Part shown: one piece after another, positions 36,897 through 46,671 of the stretch
How the letters are laid out: every line of letters begins with the position of its first letter
How positions within the stretch are numbered: the first letter of the stretch is position 1
NCBI GenBank assembly: GCA_964436855.1
Contig: CAYTED010000007.1
Location: forward strand, 16,779 to 80,778
Length of the DNA: 64,000 nt
From: an uncultured Bdellovibrionales bacterium
GTDB lineage: Bacteria > Patescibacteriota > Minisyncoccia > Moranbacterales > UBA1568
Direction of reading: 5' to 3'
Notes under the pieces: model-generated
The model's database searches: none
Told to the model about the DNA's origin: nothing
Seen by the model: the letters and a program-made list of their open reading frames with translations, nothing else
Made by a program: the position numbers and the translations under genes

Positions 36897-37022
36897 ACCC
36901 TTCCATCATTTGACACCTTCTTTTTTACACACCTTTCTCAGACACAAAAGGAAAAGAAGTGTTCTATTTTCTTTTGCCTGTTTGAAGCCTCTTTGCAAGG
37001 GCTGTTCGAAAAATTCTCTGTT

Positions 37023-37637
37023 TCAATTTTTTTCGAAAATTTCAATGGAAGAGAGAATTTCTTGCCATTCAGCCTCCGAAAAATCTCGAGAAGAATTCTT
37101 GGCGACATACGATAGCGCGAGTATCCGATCGGGACGAACAGAATAGATCGTTCGTTCAAACCCTTCGGCATCGTTCGAAAAAACACTCACTCGAACGCCA
37201 GCAATCGTCTCTTTTGTGTCTTTGTATCGTTTTGGGTCCGATTCCCGAAGCTTGAGACCGGAAAGCCCCCGATCTCCGGAGGGAAAAACGATATATGAGA
37301 GAGTCCTTGTTCCCGATTCGGCATTTGCCTCAAAATACGCTTGTTCCAAAACATTTTTCATTTCTCGATTTCGCTCAAGAAAGTCGAATGGATATCGAAA
37401 AGAAACATATTCTCCGGAAAAAACCTTTTTCTCCGGGGATTCTTCTGGCATGAATTCTCCCGTGTTTTGATATGTAATCACCCCAAGCGACGGCCCATTC
37501 ATCATTTTCCAGAAAAAATATCCAATCGCGAAAATCGCAACAAAAATGAGAGCAATAAGAACTCTCAAAGAAACTTTCTTCTTCGATTTTTTTTCTTCAG
37601 TTCCGACTATGATTGTACTGGTCGACTTTTCCTCCAT
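37023..37637 (-). CDS. Membrane-anchored hypothetical protein (PsbP-like pattern)
   Basis: TM helix, SFRYP motif, C-terminal EILSSIE. Start set to ATG 37637. Confidence 0.6.
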   Translation of the reverse strand: MEEKSTSTIIVGTEEKKSKKKVSLRVLIALIFVAIFAIGYFFWKMMNGPSLGVITYQNTGEFMPEESPEKKVFSGEYVSFRYPFDFLERNREMKNVLEQAYFEANAESGTRTLSYIVFPSGDRGLSGLKLRESDPKRYKDTKETIAGVRVSVFSNDAEGFERTIYSVRPDRILALSYVAKNSSRDFSEAEWQEILSSIEIFEKN

Positions 37638-38539
37638 ATAACAAAAAGAAATATACAAAGAATAACTCCTCCCCCGATACACACAAAGGAAATTGGGACG
37701 ATGAAATATGCCATTTTTTGGCTCTCAAAAGCTTTTTTTCCATCATAACGAATATTTATTTCGATCGTATACTTCCCCGGAAAATATGCTCGGTTGGCAG
37801 GGAGAAAACGAATTGGATATGCTTTCTCACTTTTCGGAAGAAGGAGCGATGAATTCTCATTCACAGTTCCTTTCGCGATCAATCTCCCAAATGGATCCTT
37901 AATATCGATTCTCCCTCGCGGAACAATATGAACGTTTCCGGCGTTCCGAAACGAAAGTGTCAGTGTTTCTGGAAGACCAATGAGAGGGCGTTCGACAGAA
38001 ACAGGCCGAAGATTCATCTCGTATACTGCGCCGCCTTCTTTTCGGATAAACACGAGGGCGGCGATGCGCTCATCAATATTGACATTTGTCGGACCGACAT
38101 TTTCAACTGGTTTTTTTTCCTGAAAGAGAAGCGCTCCATAATGACCTCCTGGGGAGAGTGCTCCCGTGTTGATAATGGTTCCGGAAAGCGTTGCTGATTC
38201 TTTTGCGGCAATACGTATTGTTTCCACCTGAAGCTCGATCCAATCCGCCGGATCGAATTCCTTTTCAATATCCTGATCCGATCCAAGAAACGCGACCCCC
38301 GCCGAAGATTCCAACCCGCCAAAATCGATTGCCAAAATGGAAAATTCCCGAGATTCTCCAGAGTTATTCGAAAGCTCGACTGTAAAAGGAACTCTCTCCT
38401 CATTTTGAATGATAATATCGCTCAAGTATGGATGAATCGTGATACCGATACCTGATTCATCGGCCGCAAAAGCTTTTTGGGGGAAAAAACCAAGTGCGAA
38501 AAAAAGAAAAAATACCAAAACTCGGCTTACGGAAGTCAT
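37607..38539 (-). CDS. WxL-interacting protein-like (DUF916/DUF3324-type) surface protein
   Basis: Signal peptide, PGGHYGALLF, F.NAGNVH..PRG, C-terminal TM anchor. Confidence 0.65.
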   Translation of the reverse strand: MTSVSRVLVFFLFFALGFFPQKAFAADESGIGITIHPYLSDIIIQNEERVPFTVELSNNSGESREFSILAIDFGGLESSAGVAFLGSDQDIEKEFDPADWIELQVETIRIAAKESATLSGTIINTGALSPGGHYGALLFQEKKPVENVGPTNVNIDERIAALVFIRKEGGAVYEMNLRPVSVERPLIGLPETLTLSFRNAGNVHIVPRGRIDIKDPFGRLIAKGTVNENSSLLLPKSEKAYPIRFLPANRAYFPGKYTIEINIRYDGKKAFESQKMAYFIVPISFVCIGGGVILCIFLFVIWRKSRPVQS

Positions 38540-38560
38540 AATTTTGTTTCTGAAACCCTA

Positions 38561-39631
38561 TTATTCGCTCCGACGAAATCGACGGAGCATATTCCCGAGA
38601 GTCGATTTCATACCGACAAGTGCAAAGAGAAGAATCACTCCACCACCAATGAGAAGCCTCCACGGCATCACCCAAAATTCTACCACCCCCTCAATCGGAA
38701 CATCTCTCTTACCATCATCGTAGACCATGAGAAGTTTTGCTTGGTATTTGCCGAAGCGAAGATTGGAAGCATCTTTCCAATTCCAGGTAAGTTCTTTCAC
38801 GATATTTCCATGTTCATCGAGAACGGTTTGTCCATTTTCTTGTGTTTCGGTGTAGATCGGAAAGCCTTCAGCCCAGTCAGCACGGAAGGAACGGCTGGAA
38901 TCGGGGAGAATATTCCCCTTTCCCAAGTTCACTTCGATCGTTGAATCAGCCTTTTTCCCGGGACGTCCGATGAAGAGATTTCCCCGTGGAGCAACATGGA
39001 CATTCCCCGTATTTTTAAGTTTGACGGTGAAGGTTGTCGGGAGAAATTCATACCATTTCTTGTTAGATTCAAAGGAGGTGATAGAAACTTCACGTTTTGC
39101 ATTGGGAACTTTGACTTCAAGGAGAACAAGAACGGCCGTGCCTCCGGTGAGTTTTGTTTGTTGGGTTGATTCTTCTTTGTTGTGGTCATCGGCGCGAGAA
39201 AAGGTAACCGCGTAGTAGTAGCCAAGAGATGCGGTTTCGGGTGGTGTTACGGTGAGAGTAATCGTTTTCCATTCATTCGGAGCAATATCGAAAGTGGTGT
39301 CGGAGAAGGAAACGAAAGAAAGAGATTCGTCGCTTGGATCCGGATCGAGGAGCTCGGGAATACCGGTGTCTCCACTCGCGCGGAACTTGAGAAGCTCTAC
39401 TTTGAGCGTTTCTTTTTGAGTCCCTTCATTTCGAATACGAATGGGAGAAGAAACCGGATGACCCGGTTCGGTTACGAGGTTGATCGGAAGCGGTGAGGTG
39501 GTCAGACGGAGATCGGCGGTTTGGGCGGAGGCGGGAATGGAAAATGAAGAATAGAGAATGAGGAATGAAAAAACAGAGAAAAGAATTTTCTTGAGAAGGT
39601 GTTTCATTGTACTTGGGTGTCGAATCGGCAT
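38561..39631 (-). CDS. WxL-interacting protein-like surface protein (copy 1)
   Basis: Signal peptide ASA, LGYYYAVTF, LKNTGNVHVAPRG, FWVMPW plus TM anchor. Confidence 0.7.
   Translation of the reverse strand: MPIRHPSTMKHLLKKILFSVFSFLILYSSFSIPASAQTADLRLTTSPLPINLVTEPGHPVSSPIRIRNEGTQKETLKVELLKFRASGDTGIPELLDPDPSDESLSFVSFSDTTFDIAPNEWKTITLTVTPPETASLGYYYAVTFSRADDHNKEESTQQTKLTGGTAVLVLLEVKVPNAKREVSITSFESNKKWYEFLPTTFTVKLKNTGNVHVAPRGNLFIGRPGKKADSTIEVNLGKGNILPDSSRSFRADWAEGFPIYTETQENGQTVLDEHGNIVKELTWNWKDASNLRFGKYQAKLLMVYDDGKRDVPIEGVVEFWVMPWRLLIGGGVILLFALVGMKSTLGNMLRRFRRSE
38655..39575. repeat. 921-bp direct repeat, copy 1
   Basis: Matches 39742-40662 at offset 1087; translations identical in several frames. 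Confidence 0.9.
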
Positions 39632-39644
39632 ACTTTTTTCTCTT

Positions 39645-40703
39645 TTATACCTGTCCCATTTTCAATTTTCGCATTTTTCGCTTCATCAGGAAGTACACAA
39701 ACAACGCCGGTACAACTGGAAGTGCGATACCAAAAAGAATCAGCCTCCACGGCATCACCCAAAATTCTACCACCCCCTCAATCGGAACATCTCTCTTACC
39801 ATCATCGTAGACCATGAGAAGTTTTGCTTGGTATTTGCCGAAGCGAAGATTGGAAGCATCTTTCCAATTCCAGGTAAGTTCTTTCACGATATTTCCATGT
39901 TCATCGAGAACGGTTTGTCCATTTTCTTGTGTTTCGGTGTAGATCGGAAAGCCTTCAGCCCAGTCAGCACGGAAGGAACGGCTGGAATCGGGGAGAATAT
40001 TCCCCTTTCCCAAGTTCACTTCGATCGTTGAATCAGCCTTTTTCCCGGGACGTCCGATGAAGAGATTTCCCCGTGGAGCAACATGGACATTCCCCGTATT
40101 TTTAAGTTTGACGGTGAAGGTTGTCGGGAGAAATTCATACCATTTCTTGTTAGATTCAAAGGAGGTGATAGAAACTTCACGTTTTGCATTGGGAACTTTG
40201 ACTTCAAGGAGAACAAGAACGGCCGTGCCTCCGGTGAGTTTTGTTTGTTGGGTTGATTCTTCTTTGTTGTGGTCATCGGCGCGAGAAAAGGTAACCGCGT
40301 AGTAGTAGCCAAGAGATGCGGTTTCGGGTGGTGTTACGGTGAGAGTAATCGTTTTCCATTCATTCGGAGCAATATCGAAAGTGGTGTCGGAGAAGGAAAC
40401 GAAAGAAAGAGATTCGTCGCTTGGATCCGGATCGAGGAGCTCGGGAATACCGGTGTCTCCACTCGCGCGGAACTTGAGAAGCTCTACTTTGAGCGTTTCT
40501 TTTTGAGTCCCTTCATTTCGAATACGAATGGGAGAAGAAACCGGATGACCCGGTTCGGTTACGAGGTTGATCGGAAGCGGTGAGGTGGTCAGACGGAGAT
40601 CGGCGGTTTGGGCGGAGGCGGGAATGGAAAATGAAGAATAGAGAATGAGGAATGAAAAAACAAGCCAAAAACAAATTTTTGAAGAAATCGAAAAAAAATT
40701 CAT
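39645..40703 (-). CDS. WxL-interacting protein-like surface protein (copy 2)
   Basis: Core identical to copy 1 with a different n-region and TM tail. Start set to ATG 40703. Confidence 0.7.
   Translation of the reverse strand: MNFFSISSKICFWLVFSFLILYSSFSIPASAQTADLRLTTSPLPINLVTEPGHPVSSPIRIRNEGTQKETLKVELLKFRASGDTGIPELLDPDPSDESLSFVSFSDTTFDIAPNEWKTITLTVTPPETASLGYYYAVTFSRADDHNKEESTQQTKLTGGTAVLVLLEVKVPNAKREVSITSFESNKKWYEFLPTTFTVKLKNTGNVHVAPRGNLFIGRPGKKADSTIEVNLGKGNILPDSSRSFRADWAEGFPIYTETQENGQTVLDEHGNIVKELTWNWKDASNLRFGKYQAKLLMVYDDGKRDVPIEGVVEFWVMPWRLILFGIALPVVPALFVYFLMKRKMRKLKMGQV
39742..40662. repeat. 921-bp direct repeat, copy 2
   Basis: See copy 1. Confidence 0.9.
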
Positions 40704-40759
40704 AGAGTCATTTCGGTGAATACCCTTATTATACCGCTTGTTTTTCTTTTTTTCCACAC

Positions 40760-40781
40760 AAAAGGAGGGCTTCCGCCCTCC
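40760..40781 (-). terminator. Intrinsic terminator
   Basis: GGAGGGC/GCCCTCC stem with a minus-strand U-tract. Confidence 0.65.
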
Positions 40782-40806
40782 GTAAAAATGTGTTTTGATA
40801 TTCTCC

Positions 40807-41847
40807 CTAGAAAACACCTGCCGCAATGACTGTAAGTGTATCGGTATAATCCGTCGCCGCCGCTTGAACAGCGCTAATTTTTGCCCGTTCGATAAGCGTC
40901 ATCACATCTCCATCAGTCGGACCGGCAGGGTTATCGGAAAGAGCCACCAGCTGGAACGATGTTGAAAGCGTTCCACCCTGTGTGGTATCACCATCATATT
41001 CCGGTTCAACCGTAAAATTCCCCGATCCGGACGAACCTTGTGTCGTTGCATCCACATCAAGCACATACCCGGTAACGGAATCAAGATCCGACGGCGTTCC
41101 ATCAACCGATCCCGCGGTCGCAATCGATGCTCCTGCGGCAACCGAACTCAACGCCGCATTCGCACTTTTCACCCATGCTGCCCAACCGGAACCGGCATTT
41201 GTCGCCATAGTCGCCGTTACACCGGATGAGGAAGAAATCGATGAAGATGACAATGTTCCGAGAGAATCGGTGTTTCCGCCAAGACTGAAGGTAAAGGTCG
41301 CCGGAACGGTCGCGGAAACAACAATCTGATCATTAGAAATGATAGAAAGGGCATATGAACCGGTATCAATCGTTGCCGGACCACTAGTCCGTGTCACCAC
41401 GGTCCCTGTCTTATCATTCCCGGCGGACGAAGTGGTCAGTGTCGTTGTTCCGCTAAAGTTAAAACAATAGAGCGTCCCGACTACAAGATCTCCCGAAGGA
41501 AAGGTAACGGTTTGACTTGATACACTCGTGGCCGTTCCAATACCAACCCATGCAGTCGCACTCAACGGAAGGTTGGTCGTGGTTACTGTCCAGTTGGACG
41601 CCGTACCATTCACTGTAAATCCGGTAGGAAATGTCACCTGAACATCCGCTTCCGTACTCGCAGTTGCCGGCTTGGCGCATACCGTACCCCCAGTGGCTGT
41701 CGATGCCTTCAGTCGATCGAGTCGTAGAACGGTTTGCGTCATACTGGCAGCTTGCGCAGTGCCTCCCCAAAGAAACAATGGAAAAAATAAAGAAAAAAAA
41801 GAGATGAGAAGCGTCGGTACTCCAATCGTTATCCTATATCGATACAT
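40807..41847 (-). CDS. Secreted WxL-like surface protein
   Basis: Signal peptide AQA, V.ATV..TFTF, TNA..GW, and a C-terminal A.DYTDTLT..A.G.F strand. Confidence 0.65.
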   Translation of the reverse strand: MYRYRITIGVPTLLISFFSLFFPLFLWGGTAQAASMTQTVLRLDRLKASTATGGTVCAKPATASTEADVQVTFPTGFTVNGTASNWTVTTTNLPLSATAWVGIGTATSVSSQTVTFPSGDLVVGTLYCFNFSGTTTLTTSSAGNDKTGTVVTRTSGPATIDTGSYALSIISNDQIVVSATVPATFTFSLGGNTDSLGTLSSSSISSSSGVTATMATNAGSGWAAWVKSANAALSSVAAGASIATAGSVDGTPSDLDSVTGYVLDVDATTQGSSGSGNFTVEPEYDGDTTQGGTLSTSFQLVALSDNPAGPTDGDVMTLIERAKISAVQAAATDYTDTLTVIAAGVF

Positions 41848-41920
41848 ACTTTTTTATTTTTTATTCCAATCTTTCTGTAATTATACTCCAGCTAAAAAAA
41901 CCGTCAAATATTTCCGCCTT

Positions 41921-42985
41921 TCAAAAGCTTCCGGAAGCAATAATGGTAATCGTCTCGGTATAATCCCCCGCAGCAGGAGTTACCGCTGATGATTTCGCTT
42001 TCAGAAGAAATGATGCTCGGCCGCCGGAAATCGGATTCGAGCTCGAAAAAATTTCCCGAATCGTCGTATCCGTTACTCCAACCGTATTCGAAGATCCGTC
42101 ATAGGGACTCACAATAGAAAACGGTCCGCCCGAAGACTGTGTTGCCGTCGACCCCTGTGCCCCAAATCCACTCGAGAACGCCGTCAAATTTCCGGAAGCA
42201 GAACTGATCGTATGATTCACGGTCGAACTATACAGTCCGGCATTGGCTGCACTCACATACACCTTTCCGCCCGATGCGCCATTCGTCGAAAAGTCCACCC
42301 ATATTTTTTCCGCACTATTCACCACGCTTCCCGCCGTCAAGTTTCCAAGGTCGATCGCTGTCACGCTATTGTCTTCATCGATCGCCGAGACGTCGATATC
42401 AAAAGTAAGCTGAGCGCTAACAGTCGCCGCAGTTGCAGTCGGCCCGTATCCGCTCTCGCTAAACTTTCCTTGCATCGCCTTCACCTTGATCTTATAGGTC
42501 GTGCTTGACGAAAGGCCAATCACATCGAATCCACTCGCTCCGCCCCATGCGGCATAGGTTTGATAATCCTCAATCCCAAGCGTCGCCCCAACAGTGTCAT
42601 CGCTCTGAATATAATTCGTCGTCACGAAGTTGTCCGTACTGATTGCGACTGCAAAAAGCGTGTCGCTCGGATTGCTTCCGGTATCCAGAACAATATGCAA
42701 TTTATTGTAATAATTACTCGGATTCGTAAACGTCGGCGCCGGAGGGACATTTGCCATTATTTCAAACGAAAGCCCCGCGCCAAGATCGTAATTTGTTCCT
42801 TGTAGCTCGTCTTCGCTCACCTCGCCCGCAAGTCCATCGATCGCATAATTCGACGACGTCATATTCTCCTTGCCGCCACCACCAAAACCATATCCTTCCA
42901 ACTGATAGTTCGTACTCGCGGGGAAAGCAAATAAAAACGCGAAACTCGCGGGGAAAAAAATCCTTGATCGTATTCGGCGAACCAT
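41921..42985 (-). CDS. Secreted protein with Fn3-like segment and WxL-like C-terminus
   Basis: S.NY repeats, GLSSSTTYKIKVKA, C-terminal AGDYTETITIIASGSF. Start uncertain. Confidence 0.6.
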   Translation of the reverse strand: MVRRIRSRIFFPASFAFLFAFPASTNYQLEGYGFGGGGKENMTSSNYAIDGLAGEVSEDELQGTNYDLGAGLSFEIMANVPPAPTFTNPSNYYNKLHIVLDTGSNPSDTLFAVAISTDNFVTTNYIQSDDTVGATLGIEDYQTYAAWGGASGFDVIGLSSSTTYKIKVKAMQGKFSESGYGPTATAATVSAQLTFDIDVSAIDEDNSVTAIDLGNLTAGSVVNSAEKIWVDFSTNGASGGKVYVSAANAGLYSSTVNHTISSASGNLTAFSSGFGAQGSTATQSSGGPFSIVSPYDGSSNTVGVTDTTIREIFSSSNPISGGRASFLLKAKSSAVTPAAGDYTETITIIASGSF

Positions 42986-43013
42986 ATCCGAACAAATGTA
43001 CATAAAAAAGAGA

Positions 43014-43490
43014 CTATCGGGATACCGACGCAATAGTCGTATCATTCGAATCGCATGCCTGAACCGTCACGATATTATTCGCATCCACCTGCACAGAATA
43101 CCGCGTGTGCGATGCGGATCCGTTCTCCGGATCATAAGGAATTGTTTTCAAATACCGCGCAAGCTCTCCCGAAAGATCGATACAATCACTTCCGCCAGAA
43201 ACACTACATACGTCCGTGCTTATGGCGCAGCCGGATCCGTCTGTCGATATTTCGCGCTCGGTCGTATCGAGGCCCGATGGCAACTCTCCACGATTATCCA
43301 CGATATACTGGTGAACCGCACTTAAAATGGATTGTATATCGGAAAGTCTGCGCGCGTCTCGAGCATCACGAAACCGCGTTGCTGGATCAAGCGATACGAT
43401 CACCACCGTTGCCAAAACCGCGATGATCCCAATCACGAGAAGAATTTCAAGAAGGGTAAAACCTTTTTTCTTTGTGTGTTTCGAAGTCAT
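43014..43490 (-). CDS. Type IV pilin / GspG-like prepilin
   Basis: KKG-FTLLEILLVIGII class III signal. Confidence 0.92.
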   Translation of the reverse strand: MTSKHTKKKGFTLLEILLVIGIIAVLATVVIVSLDPATRFRDARDARRLSDIQSILSAVHQYIVDNRGELPSGLDTTEREISTDGSGCAISTDVCSVSGGSDCIDLSGELARYLKTIPYDPENGSASHTRYSVQVDANNIVTVQACDSNDTTIASVSR

Positions 43491-43497
43491 ATATCAT

Positions 43498-43980
43498 TTA
43501 TTGTATCACATATTTCTCCGAAGAATCGCAAGCGCGAACCGTAATGCGATTTCCATTGCTCTCTCGCTCGATCGTATACCGAGTAAACTCGCTTGATCCG
43601 GATTCTGGATCTTCCGGAAGCGTCGGAAGATATGGTTTGAGTGCAGCGGAAAGATCGACGCAATCGGTCGTTCCGGAAACATGACAGACACTCGTCTCAA
43701 TTTCACATCCGGACTTTGCCGTTCCGATCTGACGCTCACGGGTATCGATACCATCCGGATATTTCCCCTTCTGGTCGATCAAATACTGATGTACCGCATT
43801 GGAAAGCGTTTGGATATCAGAGAGACGTCGCGACTCTCTCGCGTTTCGAAATCGCTCCGCCGGATCAAGTGTAATGACGATAATCGTCGCGAGAATAGCG
43901 ATAATCCCAACAACAATGAGAATTTCAAGCAATGTGAATCCTTGTTTTTTCCTCATATTTTTAGGTGTTATTATTTCCAA
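43498..43980 (-). CDS. Type IV pilin / GspG-like prepilin, paralog
   Basis: KQG-FTLLEILIV; visibly similar to the neighbouring pilin. Confidence 0.92.
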   Translation of the reverse strand: MEIITPKNMRKKQGFTLLEILIVVGIIAILATIIVITLDPAERFRNARESRRLSDIQTLSNAVHQYLIDQKGKYPDGIDTRERQIGTAKSGCEIETSVCHVSGTTDCVDLSAALKPYLPTLPEDPESGSSEFTRYTIERESNGNRITVRACDSSEKYVIQ

Positions 43981-44801
43981 AAAAAGAATCGCTTGATTGT
44001 TTTCGGCAAAGAATCCGAAAGATCGAGAATGGCGCGCTCTTTTCTGTATGGATGCGTATACGCGACACCGAAAATGGGATCGAGTGTTCTTGAAACGGTT
44101 TCGATATCAAGCGAGAGAGGCTTCAGCGTTTCTGCGTCGAATCCTGAGCAAATGATTTTCCGCGGCTCTTTTCCTTTTTTTTCCTTGCAAAAGCGCAGAA
44201 ACCCGGAGATATCGTCGACAGAAAAAGGTTTTCGCAGAAGGAGCGAAACGAGAATATTTCCCGATTCTGCGAATATCAAAAGAAGCGAATCTTCTGATTT
44301 TCGATGAAGAATCACAACAGATGCTTCTTCTTCCGTAAGCAGCGCGATCGCCGATGATTCGGGAATAATACTTTCAAATATTATCCCTTTTTCCATGTTC
44401 CATGCCAACAACTTGTCTGCCCAAGATTTTTTCAGTTCGGTTACCTCAAGAAGTGCTTGCGTCGTTCCAGAAGATACGACTTTGGAGTCCCAAAGGGTCG
44501 ACTCGCTTGATTCCGGAAAAAACGAATGGAGTTCATGCTTGAGAGTTTCAGGAGATCCCAACGAACTGTTTGGAAGCGTAACCGAAAACGTGTACACGCC
44601 TTCTTCGGAAACAACCAAGCGAATTCTTCTACCGAAATCAGAAACTAAGGAAAGCAGAGATTCATCTTCAAAACCGGATTGCACCGAATACGACTGCTCT
44701 CGAAAAACCGAGAGGTCTTTCGCATCCCGCGATACCACGGCCGCGCGAAGAGATGCTCCGTCAAAAAATCCCGCATTGTATTTTTTCTTTCCGAATATCA
44801 T
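43971..44801 (-). CDS. Divergent PilM-like cytoplasmic protein
   Basis: Position in the pilus operon and an actin-like N-terminal G..DG.SL pattern. Confidence 0.45.
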   Translation of the reverse strand: MIFGKKKYNAGFFDGASLRAAVVSRDAKDLSVFREQSYSVQSGFEDESLLSLVSDFGRRIRLVVSEEGVYTFSVTLPNSSLGSPETLKHELHSFFPESSESTLWDSKVVSSGTTQALLEVTELKKSWADKLLAWNMEKGIIFESIIPESSAIALLTEEEASVVILHRKSEDSLLLIFAESGNILVSLLLRKPFSVDDISGFLRFCKEKKGKEPRKIICSGFDAETLKPLSLDIETVSRTLDPIFGVAYTHPYRKERAILDLSDSLPKTIKRFFFWK

Positions 44802-44815
44802 ACCTTCATTGTACC

Positions 44816-45202
44816 CTATGACGATTGTTCAATCCACGACCCAAGCACCAATCCGGTTGGCGTGATTGTTAGCACGACACGGATCGTCCGCTCATATCCA
44901 TCGCGGTTTGCCGTTACAAGAACCGTTCGCTCATCTCCATTCGATGCAATCGACACATCGCAATCTCCCTCCGGAAGATTCACGATCGATGCCGAGTATC
45001 CGGAGTCGTTTCGAAGTCGAAGAATTACGTCTTCCGTGCAGCTCTCGGAAAGAAGCAAAGAAGAGTATCCCTTTTCCAAAGCAAGGTCCGTTCGCCCGCC
45101 CTCAACCGAAAGCATCAAGGCCGCCAAAGAAAGCGGGATAGAAATCGCAAGTAAAAGACCGACAACAAGAAATGTGGAAAATCCGCGAAACACTTTGTTC
45201 AT
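44816..45202 (-). CDS. PilX-like minor pilin
   Basis: RG-FSTFLVVGLL (no Glu5), SESC.ED...RL. Confidence 0.65.
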   Translation of the reverse strand: MNKVFRGFSTFLVVGLLLAISIPLSLAALMLSVEGGRTDLALEKGYSSLLLSESCTEDVILRLRNDSGYSASIVNLPEGDCDVSIASNGDERTVLVTANRDGYERTIRVVLTITPTGLVLGSWIEQSS

Positions 45203-45220
45203 ACAAGATACATACTGATT

Positions 45221-45745
45221 TTATTCGGGCAAATGAGAACTTCGGGTATCTGCGGCTCCACGAAACAGCATACTCGTCTGAAATACCGATTCACCCCCGG
45301 ATACTCCCCGATCCGGCTCAAAAACAATCTGATACCCTATCCCATCCGAACGATTACTTGAAAGCGAATAGTCTTCAAATTGAAGACTGGTAACTCGAAT
45401 ATCCGTACTCGAGAGCGCAACCTCGCCCGTCCCGTCATCGAGAAACATACGCTCATCTCGGAGAAAAATCGCCATCGTACCGCTTGCGCCGACTTTCCCC
45501 AATTCGATTCGATCCACCGCAACCGAATCGACACTTTCCGCGTTTCGGATAACATACTCTATTCGTTCGGTTATCGCCCTCCCTTCTTGGGAGGTGGAAT
45601 GAATAAGAAGTCTTTTGAGATTTTGTTCGGAAACAGTCAGCGCAAACGAAATAATGGTCGTCAAAACGATCGACAAAAGCCCGATAACCAAAAGAATCTC
45701 GATAAGAGTGAATCCCCCGGAAAATCGGGGTTGTTTCGTTTTCAT
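45221..45745 (-). CDS. Minor pilin (PilW/GspJ-like)
   Basis: GG-FTLIEILL. Confidence 0.85.
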   Translation of the reverse strand: MKTKQPRFSGGFTLIEILLVIGLLSIVLTTIISFALTVSEQNLKRLLIHSTSQEGRAITERIEYVIRNAESVDSVAVDRIELGKVGASGTMAIFLRDERMFLDDGTGEVALSSTDIRVTSLQFEDYSLSSNRSDGIGYQIVFEPDRGVSGGESVFQTSMLFRGAADTRSSHLPE

Positions 45746-46212
45746 AGCGGTTCATCCCAATACGTAAAGTACGTCGAAAACTGAATATTTTCCGTTTCTC
45801 CGTAAAACGTATTCCAATCAACGGCGACGGTTACTTTTTTTGTTTTTTCATCACTCGTATTTCCGCTTTCCACAATATCCCCTCCGTCTCGATACGCATC
45901 TTCAATGGTAATAGTCCGCGAATATTTGTCGAAATAATCCCCGCCGCCGCCCAACACAAAGGTTCCGTCGGAAAACCGAATACCTTCGCCGGAAACCGAC
46001 CCGACTTCTGCAAACTGATCTCGAAGAATGAGTCGTGTCATCTCCATTCCCTCGCGGGCATAGGCGATTGCTCCCGAAAACTCGGCGTTTCTTCGTTCAT
46101 TTGAAAGAGTTTGCACGAGAATGCCAACAACGGCCGATGAAAAAACGGCGAATATTGCTATTAAGAAAATCACTTCGATCAAAGAGAACCCCCGATGATT
46201 GTTTGCGCACAT
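45742..46212 (-). CDS. Minor pilin (PilV/GspI-like)
   Basis: RG-FSLIEVIF, A.EGME, KKVTV.V.W. Confidence 0.85.
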   Translation of the reverse strand: MCANNHRGFSLIEVIFLIAIFAVFSSAVVGILVQTLSNERRNAEFSGAIAYAREGMEMTRLILRDQFAEVGSVSGEGIRFSDGTFVLGGGGDYFDKYSRTITIEDAYRDGGDIVESGNTSDEKTKKVTVAVDWNTFYGETENIQFSTYFTYWDEPL

Positions 46213-46215
46213 ATA

Positions 46216-46659
46216 TTACTCTTCAATAAAAGCCCCCTCTTCATTGAAAGAAAAATTTTTCGTTTTTCCGAAACCGGAAATGTGGAGATTGGCAATCGTA
46301 CCGCTCACCTTCCCTGTGTCGCGCGCCGCGACCACCTCATCGAAACCGGATATCGTCACGCCATACGGAAGATCATATACCGCATCAAGCGCCGCCATAC
46401 GCGCATCGTAGCTTGATCCCTGAAAAAAAACGAGAGAATCATCCCGAAGTGCGACTCCCCACTGCGAATCATTTCGTCCCTCCATCGAAAAGAGCTGCGC
46501 TTCACGAATATCTGACCGCAGGGTTTCAAAAGCGATATCCGTTCCTTGTCCGAAAAAAAAATTTCCGGAAAGAAGGGCAGTAAGAACTCCAATCGTCGAT
46601 ACGATCGCAAGAACGAGAATTATTTCAATAAACGTAAATCCTTTTTCTTTCGATATCAT
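46216..46659 (-). CDS. Minor pilin (FimT/GspH-like)
   Basis: KG-FTFIEIIL, C-terminal FNEEG. Confidence 0.85.
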   Translation of the reverse strand: MISKEKGFTFIEIILVLAIVSTIGVLTALLSGNFFFGQGTDIAFETLRSDIREAQLFSMEGRNDSQWGVALRDDSLVFFQGSSYDARMAALDAVYDLPYGVTISGFDEVVAARDTGKVSGTIANLHISGFGKTKNFSFNEEGAFIEE

Positions 46660-46671
46660 ACAACAACCCCC

